Virus record (IMG/VR): IMGVR_UViG_3300050821_023931
Span: 11,619-75,618 of that record
Strand: one strand, 5' to 3'
DNA: 64,000 nt
Source of the DNA: a virus
The position numbers were made by a program, and so were the translations under genes. Position 1 is the first letter of the stretch. Each line of letters begins with the position of its first letter. Below the pieces are notes generated by a model. That model ran no database searches and was not told the origin of the DNA. It saw nothing but the letters and a program-made list of their open reading frames with translations. Positions 51,676 to 60,357 of this stretch are shown piece after piece.

Positions 51676-52194
51676 ATGAATGAATTAGAATCCTTGGGGT
51701 TTTCTGTTGATAAAAAGAAAACAAACACTAAATACGGCTTTTTTAAAAGTATTCAAGTATTTTTTAACAAAATACGCATATTTCTAATCTATAGAAACAT
51801 TCTAAAAAGGAATAGTATAATTCTATGGGAAAGATTTAATATTCGATTTGATGATGTATATCGTTTATATACAGTAATCATCATTCCACCAGAAACAATG
51901 TCGCTACTTTCTATGAAAGATAATAAGTACCATATGGTATTTCAGCAGGAAGTCGTTACACAAATAACAAGTTATATAAAAGCTGTTAGTGGTTATTTAA
52001 AAACAGTTGGTATGGGTGAAGAGTGGTATGGTTTGACTGAAATGACAGAAATAGATCAAATGAATTATAAAATAGTAATTAGTTTTGCTTTTTTTGATAC
52101 AGTTAAAGTAGCTAACTGGTTGCTAACTATAGGACTGGTTTCTTTTATTGGTTTCTTTATCTGGTTTATTTGGTACATAAAACAAATAATTTAA
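51676..52194 (+). CDS. Membrane-anchored protein
   Basis: C-terminal TM helix WLLTIGLVSFIGFFIWFIWY; AAACTT-N13-TATAAAA upstream. Confidence 0.75.
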   Translation: MNELESLGFSVDKKKTNTKYGFFKSIQVFFNKIRIFLIYRNILKRNSIILWERFNIRFDDVYRLYTVIIIPPETMSLLSMKDNKYHMVFQQEVVTQITSYIKAVSGYLKTVGMGEEWYGLTEMTEIDQMNYKIVISFAFFDTVKVANWLLTIGLVSFIGFFIWFIWYIKQII

Positions 52195-52253
52195 CATTTC
52201 TGAAAACTTTCAAAATTAAGCTTATATAAACTCTAACTAAAACATTTTAACAT

Positions 52254-52733
52254 ATGCCAAATTTTCATAATATAGAAGCTGATATCGAAAATGATTTAAA
52301 CGATATCATTGAAAAACTTGCTTTTCCTGAGGGAATAAAATTCAAAATTTTAGGTGTCGAGAAGCAAAAGACTCTTTTTAAACTTGTAAAAGTACCAGAT
52401 ATATATTCTTATCTGATGAAAGCCTATTTCATACTTCTTGTTAATCAGGAGTTGTACGATAAACTTAGTGGTGATTCAGAAAAAGCCATCGAGATACTTG
52501 CTGATGAAGAGCTTTGTAAAGCAGCCTTTGATTTAGAAAAAGGTAAAACAACAACAGTTAAACCTGATAGTGTTGGATTTAAAGCGAACTATAATAAATA
52601 TGGTTTCGATAAAGTTCAAAGAGCTAAAGACCTTGAAAGAACATCTATTAAACAAGCTGAAGATGATACCGAGGATAGTAAAGAAGCTGTTGTTATTAGC
52701 GGTAATAAAAGCAATCCTTTCTTTCAAGACTAA
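52254..52733 (+). CDS. Putative phage metallopeptidase-like protein (HExxH degenerate)
   Basis: FILLVNQELYDKL...ILADEELCKA...VKPD resembles the DHELxH family but lacks the His residues. Confidence 0.4.
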   Translation: MPNFHNIEADIENDLNDIIEKLAFPEGIKFKILGVEKQKTLFKLVKVPDIYSYLMKAYFILLVNQELYDKLSGDSEKAIEILADEELCKAAFDLEKGKTTTVKPDSVGFKANYNKYGFDKVQRAKDLERTSIKQAEDDTEDSKEAVVISGNKSNPFFQD

Positions 52734-52754
52734 AATTTAAATAATTAATAAATA

Positions 52755-53420
52755 ATGAAACAACAAGAAAATTTAACACAAGAACAAATACAGGAAGTTA
52801 TAAGACTTCTTGATGAAGGTAATTTATTATCTCCTGATGAACAACAAATAATTGGTGATAGTTTTGCATCACTCAATAAATTCATGGCTGATAATAAAGA
52901 TAAAGTAGATGCTGGCGAAGATCTTGAAAAAATCAACATTGAATTGAATGAGGCATGGAATAATTCGAGACAAGCTATTGAAAATATTAAATATACACTT
53001 TCACTTAATGGTGAAGAGTATAAATTTGTAATAGATTTATTAACTACATTAGAATTTCCTTCTGTTGATGAAATTTTAATAGCCGAAGAAGTTGATGAAA
53101 CTATTCTCTCACAAATTAAGGTTAAATTCCCTGTTGCCTCAGATTTTGTAGCAAACTATTCTGTAGGTATAAAACAACTTACTAATTTCTATCATGTTCT
53201 TACACTTTATAAAGCTAAAGGTTTATATTCTACAAAAACTAAAACTTTTAGTAATGTAATGAAAAAGACTGGTATGATATCTCTTATCTTTTCTTACTTT
53301 AACCAGTTAAGTCGTGACATGGCTCCTATTGTGTACCAATTCAGTCTTGGACTTAGTAAAGCGGAAGAAGAAGAAGTACCAGCAGGTACTATACGAGAAA
53401 CAGAGCAAGCAGAAGCTTAG
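52755..53420 (+). CDS. Hypothetical protein
   Basis: 221-aa ORF followed by terminator. Confidence 0.75.
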   Translation: MKQQENLTQEQIQEVIRLLDEGNLLSPDEQQIIGDSFASLNKFMADNKDKVDAGEDLEKINIELNEAWNNSRQAIENIKYTLSLNGEEYKFVIDLLTTLEFPSVDEILIAEEVDETILSQIKVKFPVASDFVANYSVGIKQLTNFYHVLTLYKAKGLYSTKTKTFSNVMKKTGMISLIFSYFNQLSRDMAPIVYQFSLGLSKAEEEEVPAGTIRETEQAEA

Positions 53421-53447
53421 AACAATATAATTCCTTATTAAAAAATT

Positions 53448-53482
53448 AAAAACATCTATGACTTTTGTTATAGATGTTTTTT
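53448..53482 (+). terminator. Intrinsic terminator
   Basis: AAAAACATCTATGAC-TTTT-GTTATAGATGTTTTTT. Confidence 0.8.
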
Positions 53483-53515
53483 GTATATTTGCAAAAAAAT
53501 TAATTATAAAAGATA

Positions 53516-53653
53516 ATGAAAACAATAAAGATAGGTGAAATTTTTGAAGTTGATGGTAAAAAATATACGATAATTAATCCTCAAAAACTGGAACAGGAAA
53601 CTAATGAACATGGTCAAATAGTTATATTATTAACAGAATTAACTTATCATTAG
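53516..53653 (+). CDS. Small hypothetical protein (45 aa)
   Basis: MKTIKIGEIFEVDGKKYTII...; follows TATATTTG element and ends 2 nt before the next ATG. Confidence 0.5.
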   Translation: MKTIKIGEIFEVDGKKYTIINPQKLEQETNEHGQIVILLTELTYH

Positions 53654-53655
53654 TC

Positions 53656-54645
53656 ATGGGAGGAAACGCACTAACAGTTCCGTCAAGAAGAATTACAAAA
53701 GATGAATATCTTGTACTTGAAAGTAAAGTATTCGAAAAATTAAGACAAAGATTTTCTGATGTTAGAAATATATTGTATTACCGAGATAAAAAAGATTTTG
53801 GTGATATGGATATTCTTATTGCTAAAGATGGTACAAACAATGAAGATACTAGGAATTATTTGTTGTCAGAATTTGGCTCTAAAGAAGTTGTTTGTAACAC
53901 TGATGTTATATCATTTGAACTTGATGGGTTTCAAATAGATTTGATCTTTACTGAGCCTGATGATATGGAAGCAGCAGCCTTCTACTACAGCCAATGCGAT
54001 GCCAATAATATCATTGGCCGAATTGCTAATCAGTTTGGTCTTAAATTCGGTCACACAGGACTCGTTTATGTGAACAGAGGCCAAAGTGGAAATATTATGA
54101 ATAAAGTAGTATTAACTAAGGATCCGGTCAGAATATATGAATTTCTTGGTTATGACTATGAAACATATGCTAAAGGTTTTGATACTCTTGAACAAATATT
54201 TGATTTTATTATAGCAGGAAAATATTTCTCAAAAGAAATTTTCGAATACGAAAATTTGAATCATCAGAACCGTACCAGGAATAGAAAAAGGAAAACGTAT
54301 CAACAATTTCTCGAATATATTTCAACTCTGAACATATATTATGAATTCAAAGAGGAATACGAATATCTTAATCATATTGATTCATTCTTCCCTGAGGTAG
54401 GCCTTAAAAGCAAACTGTTAGAATTTGTAAAAGAAGAATTACAACGAATGAAAATGAAAGAGAAATTTTCAGGAAAGATTGTAATAAGTATTATTCCGGA
54501 ATTGAAAGATAATAGCTTAGGTTTGTTTATTGAAAAATATAAATCAAGTAAAGAGTCTTTTGATGATTATGTTCAAAAAACAAAAGCTACGGATATTAAA
54601 AAGGATATCTTAGCTTTCTATACAAACTTAAATAGTAAGAATTAA
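53656..54645 (+). CDS. Pol-beta-superfamily nucleotidyltransferase
   Basis: KKDFGDMDILI and FQIDLI (three catalytic Asp), GLKFGHTGL. Confidence 0.75.
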   Translation: MGGNALTVPSRRITKDEYLVLESKVFEKLRQRFSDVRNILYYRDKKDFGDMDILIAKDGTNNEDTRNYLLSEFGSKEVVCNTDVISFELDGFQIDLIFTEPDDMEAAAFYYSQCDANNIIGRIANQFGLKFGHTGLVYVNRGQSGNIMNKVVLTKDPVRIYEFLGYDYETYAKGFDTLEQIFDFIIAGKYFSKEIFEYENLNHQNRTRNRKRKTYQQFLEYISTLNIYYEFKEEYEYLNHIDSFFPEVGLKSKLLEFVKEELQRMKMKEKFSGKIVISIIPELKDNSLGLFIEKYKSSKESFDDYVQKTKATDIKKDILAFYTNLNSKN

Positions 54646-54654
54646 TATATAAAC

Positions 54655-54775
54655 AGTAATCGTTGAGTGAAGGAGAGGTTAGAAACCTCAGGTCTTGGGA
54701 AATATGGAACCGTCTTCATGTACGACCAATAAAGATCATATAGCTTAACTGACAGAGCACCACTCAATGATTACT
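54655..54775 (+). ncRNA. Structured ncRNA: circularly permuted tRNA mimic (YrlA/Y-RNA-like)
   Basis: 15-bp terminal stem (54655-69/54761-75), T-arm-like GAGG-TTAGAAA-CCTC, extended acceptor-like hairpin, D-arm-like TAGCTTAACTGACAGAGCA; ATATATAA directly upstream. Confidence 0.65.
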
Positions 54776-55007
54776 CTTTAAATTCACCTAAATCTTTTAA
54801 CATATTTCTACCTATTTCAGTAATTTTTTCTGCTGTATCAGGATCATAAAGATTAAACGTATTATTTACGGCAGGTTTATATTCAGAATTAACAATTATT
54901 TTAACAACCTCTTTCCAGTTAGGAACTTTACTAAGTTCATCAATTTCTCTGTCAGTTAAACCGGTTGCTTTTAAAATTGTAATGTAATATTCTGGTAAAG
55001 TATTCAT
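54771..55007 (-). CDS. Hypothetical protein
   Basis: 78-aa ORF, last gene of the long leftward run. Confidence 0.65.
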   Translation of the reverse strand: MNTLPEYYITILKATGLTDREIDELSKVPNWKEVVKIIVNSEYKPAVNNTFNLYDPDTAEKITEIGRNMLKDLGEFKE

Positions 55008-55011
55008 GAAG

Positions 55012-56595
55012 TTATTTGTTTAATAATTCTATTAGATAATCATAGTGCCACTTACATATATTATATAAACTATCCTCTGGTTTAAAGCCGATATATTCGA
55101 ATGCTTTTAAGTATGAATGATCCTTTAGTAACTCATTCTTATTTTCATAGAAATCCATATTCAACTTCCATATATCAATAGAGAACCCCATAGGATCCAG
55201 TATAGAAGCTCTTATATAAGGACAAACGTATGGATAGATATAAGGCACTCTGGCTTTGATACCGTTTGGTAATTCAATAGTGAGCCCATTATTTGCTTCA
55301 CCTATTATGAAATCACGACAATCTAATATTTCAGATTCGTCATTAAATGAGATATTTAGTGTTATGCTACATTTGATATCAATTTCATTTTGTTTGAGAA
55401 GGTCTGTCACAAATAATACAGTTTTACCTGTATGAACATCATCATCGAATAAAATATACTTATTTCTATCTAAAGAATCAATTTGTTCTTGTAATGGGAT
55501 AGAACCAATTCTATTGGTGTATCCAATTTTATTAATACCGAACGTATCATAGTACCTAGATATCTGTAAATTATTTTCACAAGTTATCAATGAATCCAAA
55601 CTTATAACAGGACATAAATCAGTCTTGTTAATCTTCTCTAAAATACCAGATATCTTATCTTTCTGTTCTGAAACACTGTTTTCTTTTATAGAAATAAATT
55701 GCTCATTTAGTTTACTTATTATATCAGTCTGTAAGGGAGAATATTTATCATCTGAATCTTCTACACGAAGTTTCAATTCTTTTTTACTTAATTCTATATT
55801 CAGATTTTCTCGTACTTTTGTTGATGAATTATCATTGTTACCATCACAAAAAATTATATCATAATTATCATCAAACAACGATTTGTGCTCTTCATAAGCT
55901 TTTTCATATCCTGGTCTTTTTACTACAACGCAATGACCTTTGAAGGTAAAAGTCTTTGAGAATCGAGCATTATCAGAACCACAGACAAAGAATATAGGAA
56001 TCTCTACACCCAAATGTTGTTTTAAATACAATTGGAGCCTTTGAATAACATCCGTGAAGTTGACAGCGACTTTACAAAATAAAGCTTCCCATGGGTCCAC
56101 AAACAACCAATCAATATCTTTTACAGCATCATTAATTAGTTTTATTCTATGGTAGGCTGGAATTGCTTTATCTTTAATCTTAGAGTAAATATATTCGTCG
56201 TGTCCAGGTGATAGATATCCACCAATAACGGTAAAATCATTTTCTTCAACAGCTTTCTTAGCTTGTATCATTGTTTCTATATGACCATTATGTACTGGAC
56301 ACATAGCTCCAGTTGAAAGAAGTATACAAGGATTCTTAGAATTTTTAAGATTTTCTTTTATATGATGTATTGGTGTACATAGAACATTTAGACTCTTAGT
56401 AATATCATAATTAGATTTATCTGAGTCTAAAAAGAATCCGGCCTCTAATATTCTACTTAAACAATATTTATCAGCTTCATATGTATTTCTATAATGAAGC
56501 CTTTTGTAATTGTTATAGATATCATTATAATATGGATCTCTTTCAATTTTTGCTTGAGCATTCCAATATGTTCTTTCAATCTGCCAATCATCCAT
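55012..56595 (-). CDS. NMN/NaMN adenylyltransferase (NMNAT/NadD-like) fused to a type I phosphoribosyltransferase-like domain
   Basis: TGAMCPVHNGH (HxGH), GGYLSPGHDEY, HRIKL, VDPWEA, FVCGSD, SSTKVR; C-terminal ILFDDDVHTGKT PRPP-binding motif. Confidence 0.8.
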   Translation of the reverse strand: MDDWQIERTYWNAQAKIERDPYYNDIYNNYKRLHYRNTYEADKYCLSRILEAGFFLDSDKSNYDITKSLNVLCTPIHHIKENLKNSKNPCILLSTGAMCPVHNGHIETMIQAKKAVEENDFTVIGGYLSPGHDEYIYSKIKDKAIPAYHRIKLINDAVKDIDWLFVDPWEALFCKVAVNFTDVIQRLQLYLKQHLGVEIPIFFVCGSDNARFSKTFTFKGHCVVVKRPGYEKAYEEHKSLFDDNYDIIFCDGNNDNSSTKVRENLNIELSKKELKLRVEDSDDKYSPLQTDIISKLNEQFISIKENSVSEQKDKISGILEKINKTDLCPVISLDSLITCENNLQISRYYDTFGINKIGYTNRIGSIPLQEQIDSLDRNKYILFDDDVHTGKTVLFVTDLLKQNEIDIKCSITLNISFNDESEILDCRDFIIGEANNGLTIELPNGIKARVPYIYPYVCPYIRASILDPMGFSIDIWKLNMDFYENKNELLKDHSYLKAFEYIGFKPEDSLYNICKWHYDYLIELLNK

Positions 56596-57355
56596 CAATA
56601 ATAGCTTTAAAAGTTATGTCACCTCTTATTATAATTCTGGGATCGGTACCAATGTATCTCTCCACATCATGACAAATTCTATGTTCAAATACTAAGATAT
56701 TTCCTTTTACCGGAGATACTGAACAGATAACATCTTCATTCAGACTTTCATGAATCCAATCATCATGCTTACGATCATAAACTGGTATATCACCTTTCCC
56801 ATCATGTATGAATCTAGTTGCTCCAGAATCATTAGTTGTAAGGTATACTACAAAAGACATAAGAGTTCTGTATTTACTATCCTCATAAATATATCCAGCA
56901 TCATAATGAGCGAAATGTTGACCACCAGATTCATACTTCATAAATCTTAGAAGTGGTGATATAGAATATGGTTCCCAATTTTTATAAGCTTTAATTTGCC
57001 ACCAATCTGTTGGTGTAAAATCATCACAAATCTTATTTTCAAAAGAATCTTTTATCTTATTCCAGAATTGTTCAGCCAGCTCAGGTACCCACATTGTGGT
57101 TCTTTTTGAGCCAACTTCATAATTAGGTATATCTGTTCTACCATGTACACTTACCGGTGCACAACTAGGTGATTGTTGCATCAAATCAATTAGTAAGTCA
57201 CATTCATTATCAGTGAATACATTTTCTAATACAAAAGCATTATCAAATAAAACTTCTTTCTTGATATTAGTTGGTTCATTTAAAATGAAAGAAGGGAATG
57301 GTGGTTCCCAACCTCCAGGCAATTTAGAAATATCTGGTTTCTTAATAGTAAGCAT
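56588..57355 (-). CDS. 2OG-Fe(II) dioxygenase (prolyl-4-hydroxylase-like)
   Basis: LENVFTDNEC, RFMKY..G.HF.HYD, FVVYL, GAT.F, PVKGNILVFEH..HDV, R. Confidence 0.88.
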   Translation of the reverse strand: MLTIKKPDISKLPGGWEPPFPSFILNEPTNIKKEVLFDNAFVLENVFTDNECDLLIDLMQQSPSCAPVSVHGRTDIPNYEVGSKRTTMWVPELAEQFWNKIKDSFENKICDDFTPTDWWQIKAYKNWEPYSISPLLRFMKYESGGQHFAHYDAGYIYEDSKYRTLMSFVVYLTTNDSGATRFIHDGKGDIPVYDRKHDDWIHESLNEDVICSVSPVKGNILVFEHRICHDVERYIGTDPRIIIRGDITFKAIIDG

Positions 57356-57549
57356 TAGAATATTTTATCAAAAGCCCCACAATAATAAAGTAAAACTAAA
57401 AGTATAATACAAACACCAATGCTCCAATACTGTTGTTCACATTCAGTATTTTTAGTATCGAAACCACTTAATGCTGCTATCAATAAATTTAGCAGAATAA
57501 ATAAGCCAGAAAGTACGAGTAGTAAAACTTGAAATATCATAATCACCAT
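57355..57549 (-). CDS. Small two-TM membrane protein
   Basis: Two hydrophobic helices; overlaps both neighbours. Confidence 0.6.
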   Translation of the reverse strand: MVIMIFQVLLLVLSGLFILLNLLIAALSGFDTKNTECEQQYWSIGVCIILLVLLYYCGAFDKIF

Positions 57550-58523
57550 CCTCCCCGAATATGTCTGTTTAAAATATCAATGAAATGTGAAGGTTTACCT
57601 ACCTGGTATTTGTGACGATTCGTATCGTGTAAATCTTCAATATTTTTAGCATACTTCTCAAAGATTTCTTTCTCATCATCTTTGAGAAGCTGTGATATTT
57701 TTTGTATATCCATATAAGGGGTTTCCATAGTATATTCAAAAGATCTATTATCTGAATCAAATTCTTTCAATAACAAATACATTTCTAAAAACCAATATGG
57801 TGCACCAATCATACTTTCATCATTTCTGCCATCCCAAACATCACCAGCTGGAGTAGCATTTATAATTTCTTCCGGAATACCTAAAACTTCTGCAACAGCA
57901 TATACTTCAGATTTATGAATGTCAGCTATTGGTTGTAGATCTACCATAGCATCTGAGGCTTTACCAAAAAATCCTATGTAAGAACCTTCATCACGATTAA
58001 TTGTTCCTACAACAATTGATTTTTTACCTTCTGCTTGTAAGATAGCAGCATGATAATATAAACATGGTGTTCTAACAATTGATGCCAGTTGTCCTTGAGC
58101 CCAGGTACTTTTAGTATCTAAACTCCGATCTACATAAGAATTGAATACTGAAGATAAATCAATTGTTGTAAACCGAACATTCGCAGTACAAAATTTTGTT
58201 AATAAACCAGATCTTTTGGTACCTATAATTTGATTAGATGTACCAACACCATAAATTGGCATGTTAATACCTAATACTTTCTTTAAAGGGCTACCTTCAA
58301 CTTTTGAAGCTTTAGATAATAAAGCGAAAACTATGGCTGAATCAATACCACCAGATATTCCGATAACAGCTGAATCAAGTTTAGCCCATATAAAGAAATC
58401 ATTTATGGCTTCTATTTTCTTTTCAATATAAGAATTAACATCAAAACCTCTCAGTCTCTTCGTTCTCTTCTCAATATCTTTGAGAGTTAATTTTTTTTCT
58501 GGATGTTGTAATACCGGTGTCAT
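57543..58523 (-). CDS. nadE: NH3-dependent NAD+ synthetase
   Basis: VIGISGGIDS, GINMP, RTPCLY, VVGTINRDE.YIGFFGKASD, QPIADIHKSEVY. Confidence 0.88.
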   Translation of the reverse strand: MTPVLQHPEKKLTLKDIEKRTKRLRGFDVNSYIEKKIEAINDFFIWAKLDSAVIGISGGIDSAIVFALLSKASKVEGSPLKKVLGINMPIYGVGTSNQIIGTKRSGLLTKFCTANVRFTTIDLSSVFNSYVDRSLDTKSTWAQGQLASIVRTPCLYYHAAILQAEGKKSIVVGTINRDEGSYIGFFGKASDAMVDLQPIADIHKSEVYAVAEVLGIPEEIINATPAGDVWDGRNDESMIGAPYWFLEMYLLLKEFDSDNRSFEYTMETPYMDIQKISQLLKDDEKEIFEKYAKNIEDLHDTNRHKYQVGKPSHFIDILNRHIRGGW

Positions 58524-58535
58524 ATTTAGATAATA

Positions 58536-58802
58536 TTAATAAATACTAATACTTATTGTGAAAGTGTCCGAATGAGTACTAGTATAAACAATAAACTTTT
58601 GAAGTTCATAATAACGATGTAGGGATTTAATATATCTAAATTTTGTTTCAGAAGAATCTATACTATCCATATCAACATTTATTGTAAGCGTTTGGATGCT
58701 TTTACCAGAACATATAATTTCTTTTATCTTAGCCTCAACCGCATCAAAAGAATCTTTATCAAGACTTATCAGATACTTTTTTATTGCTTTTACTGCTTTC
58801 AT
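58536..58802 (-). CDS. Hypothetical protein
   Basis: 88-aa ORF in operon. Confidence 0.6.
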   Translation of the reverse strand: MKAVKAIKKYLISLDKDSFDAVEAKIKEIICSGKSIQTLTINVDMDSIDSSETKFRYIKSLHRYYELQKFIVYTSTHSDTFTISISIY

Positions 58803-59196
58803 TTTTGTTAATTTTATAGTCCTTTATAAAAATGTCATCGATATAATAGGGATCACATAACCATCCACTTCTTGTTTTTTCTCTTGGTATCCCAATAAAC
58901 TTATACAAATTCACATCATAATCAACAATTCTGACTGTGTGGCCTGTTTGTTTATGTTCAAAGATATCACCAATCTTTACCTTCCAATAAATCTCAGCAT
59001 TCTTTATATAAATAACTTTTATTTTATCAACAAGAACTTTACGTTCATCTTCAAGAAGTCTAATTTCTTCTAAATTTTGATAAAAATAAATTTTTTCCTT
59101 CTTTGTTTTTAAACCAATACGGGTTTTTGAAACTGGAATTGTACTCTTTCCAGTCATAGCTTCACCATAAATTCTTATACCACTTTGTTTATGCAT
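58759..59196 (-). CDS. Hypothetical protein
   Basis: 145-aa ORF in operon. Confidence 0.6.
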   Translation of the reverse strand: MHKQSGIRIYGEAMTGKSTIPVSKTRIGLKTKKEKIYFYQNLEEIRLLEDERKVLVDKIKVIYIKNAEIYWKVKIGDIFEHKQTGHTVRIVDYDVNLYKFIGIPREKTRSGWLCDPYYIDDIFIKDYKINKNESSKSNKKVSDKS

Positions 59197-59197
59197 T

Positions 59198-60352
59198 TTA
59201 TAAAATTATATGTGGGACAAAGCTACTTCCGTTATTTGTGATGAGACTTACTGATTCTCTTATACCCATACCACAAGCTTCACCTCCGATAACCCAGGAG
59301 CCTATTACAGGGTATTTAATTGTACCATTTTCATCTTCGTGACCAACTAATTTTTTCAACTCTTGGTAAACATAACCTTCGTATCCATAGTCACCATCTT
59401 CTGAATGAACAGTCTGACCATTTTCAACAATTTCTATGTTGGCACCTTCTCTTGAAAAAATTGGTTTCTTTACATAATCTACTAACAAATGTTTTTTGTT
59501 TTCGAAATAAGTAGGTAGAAGATAAGGTGAATCTGGATAAAGCTCATACATGATAGCCATGATTCCTTTATTACTCATTACTAATTTCCAAATAGGCTCA
59601 ATAAAAGATGTTTCACTTTCTAGTAAATTATCACCAAATCCTTCGTTGATCATCCACTCCCAAGGATACAACTTAAACAATGTTTCTATTGTATTTTCAT
59701 TGGTGTCACGAAACTCTTGGTCTTCACTATTCCAGCCAATATCTTGTACATGTAAAAAATCTGTTTCTATACCGGCTTGTTCAGCTGTATCTCTTAAATA
59801 GGTAACAGTTGTATAGTCTTCGATATGATTTTTAACCGAAGCAAAGTAGAATGGTTGTGTATAATCTTCATCAGCGATATATTTCCAGGAATCAATTAAA
59901 GATTCATGTATACTATTAAACTGATCCATATCAGGAAACCTTTCTTCAAGCCATTCCCACTGTATAACAGCAGCTTCAAATAAAGATGTTGGTGTATCAC
60001 CATTGAATTCAAATAGTTTAATGTCTATACCATCAAACCAAAAATCGAACCGGCCATAAAGAGATAAATCATCTCTCTCCCAAGAATCGTATATTAAGTT
60101 ATGAAATTTCTCAGGAATTCCTAATTTACTTAACAAACGTTCATCAAGAATATGTTGAACAGTATCAATATACATTTGATAAACTTCATTTGTTGCTCTT
60201 TCAAGATTATTAATCTGAGACATATTGAATGCGTAATATGCTGATTCATCCCAATAAGCTTGTTTCTTATCATCGTGATGATGGAAATGAAGTCCTTGTT
60301 TTTCAACAACGCTTTCCCAGTTAAGTCTGGGTCTGATTTGAATTCTCTTCAT
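59198..60352 (-). CDS. Glutathionylspermidine synthase-like ATP-grasp ligase (YgiC/YjfC family)
   Basis: YWDESAYY, LYGRFDF, EFNGDTPTSLFE, QFNSIHE, FKLYPWEW, SNKG, KPIFSREGANI, IGSW, GIRE, FVPH. Confidence 0.92.
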   Translation of the reverse strand: MKRIQIRPRLNWESVVEKQGLHFHHHDDKKQAYWDESAYYAFNMSQINNLERATNEVYQMYIDTVQHILDERLLSKLGIPEKFHNLIYDSWERDDLSLYGRFDFWFDGIDIKLFEFNGDTPTSLFEAAVIQWEWLEERFPDMDQFNSIHESLIDSWKYIADEDYTQPFYFASVKNHIEDYTTVTYLRDTAEQAGIETDFLHVQDIGWNSEDQEFRDTNENTIETLFKLYPWEWMINEGFGDNLLESETSFIEPIWKLVMSNKGIMAIMYELYPDSPYLLPTYFENKKHLLVDYVKKPIFSREGANIEIVENGQTVHSEDGDYGYEGYVYQELKKLVGHEDENGTIKYPVIGSWVIGGEACGMGIRESVSLITNNGSSFVPHIIL

Positions 60353-60357
60353 ATAGA

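Noticed and set aside
54741-54775. Canonical tRNA gene at the D-arm-like sequence
   Set aside because: No anticodon loop or T arm follows the D arm; the T-like arm lies upstream, so it was reported as a permuted mimic.
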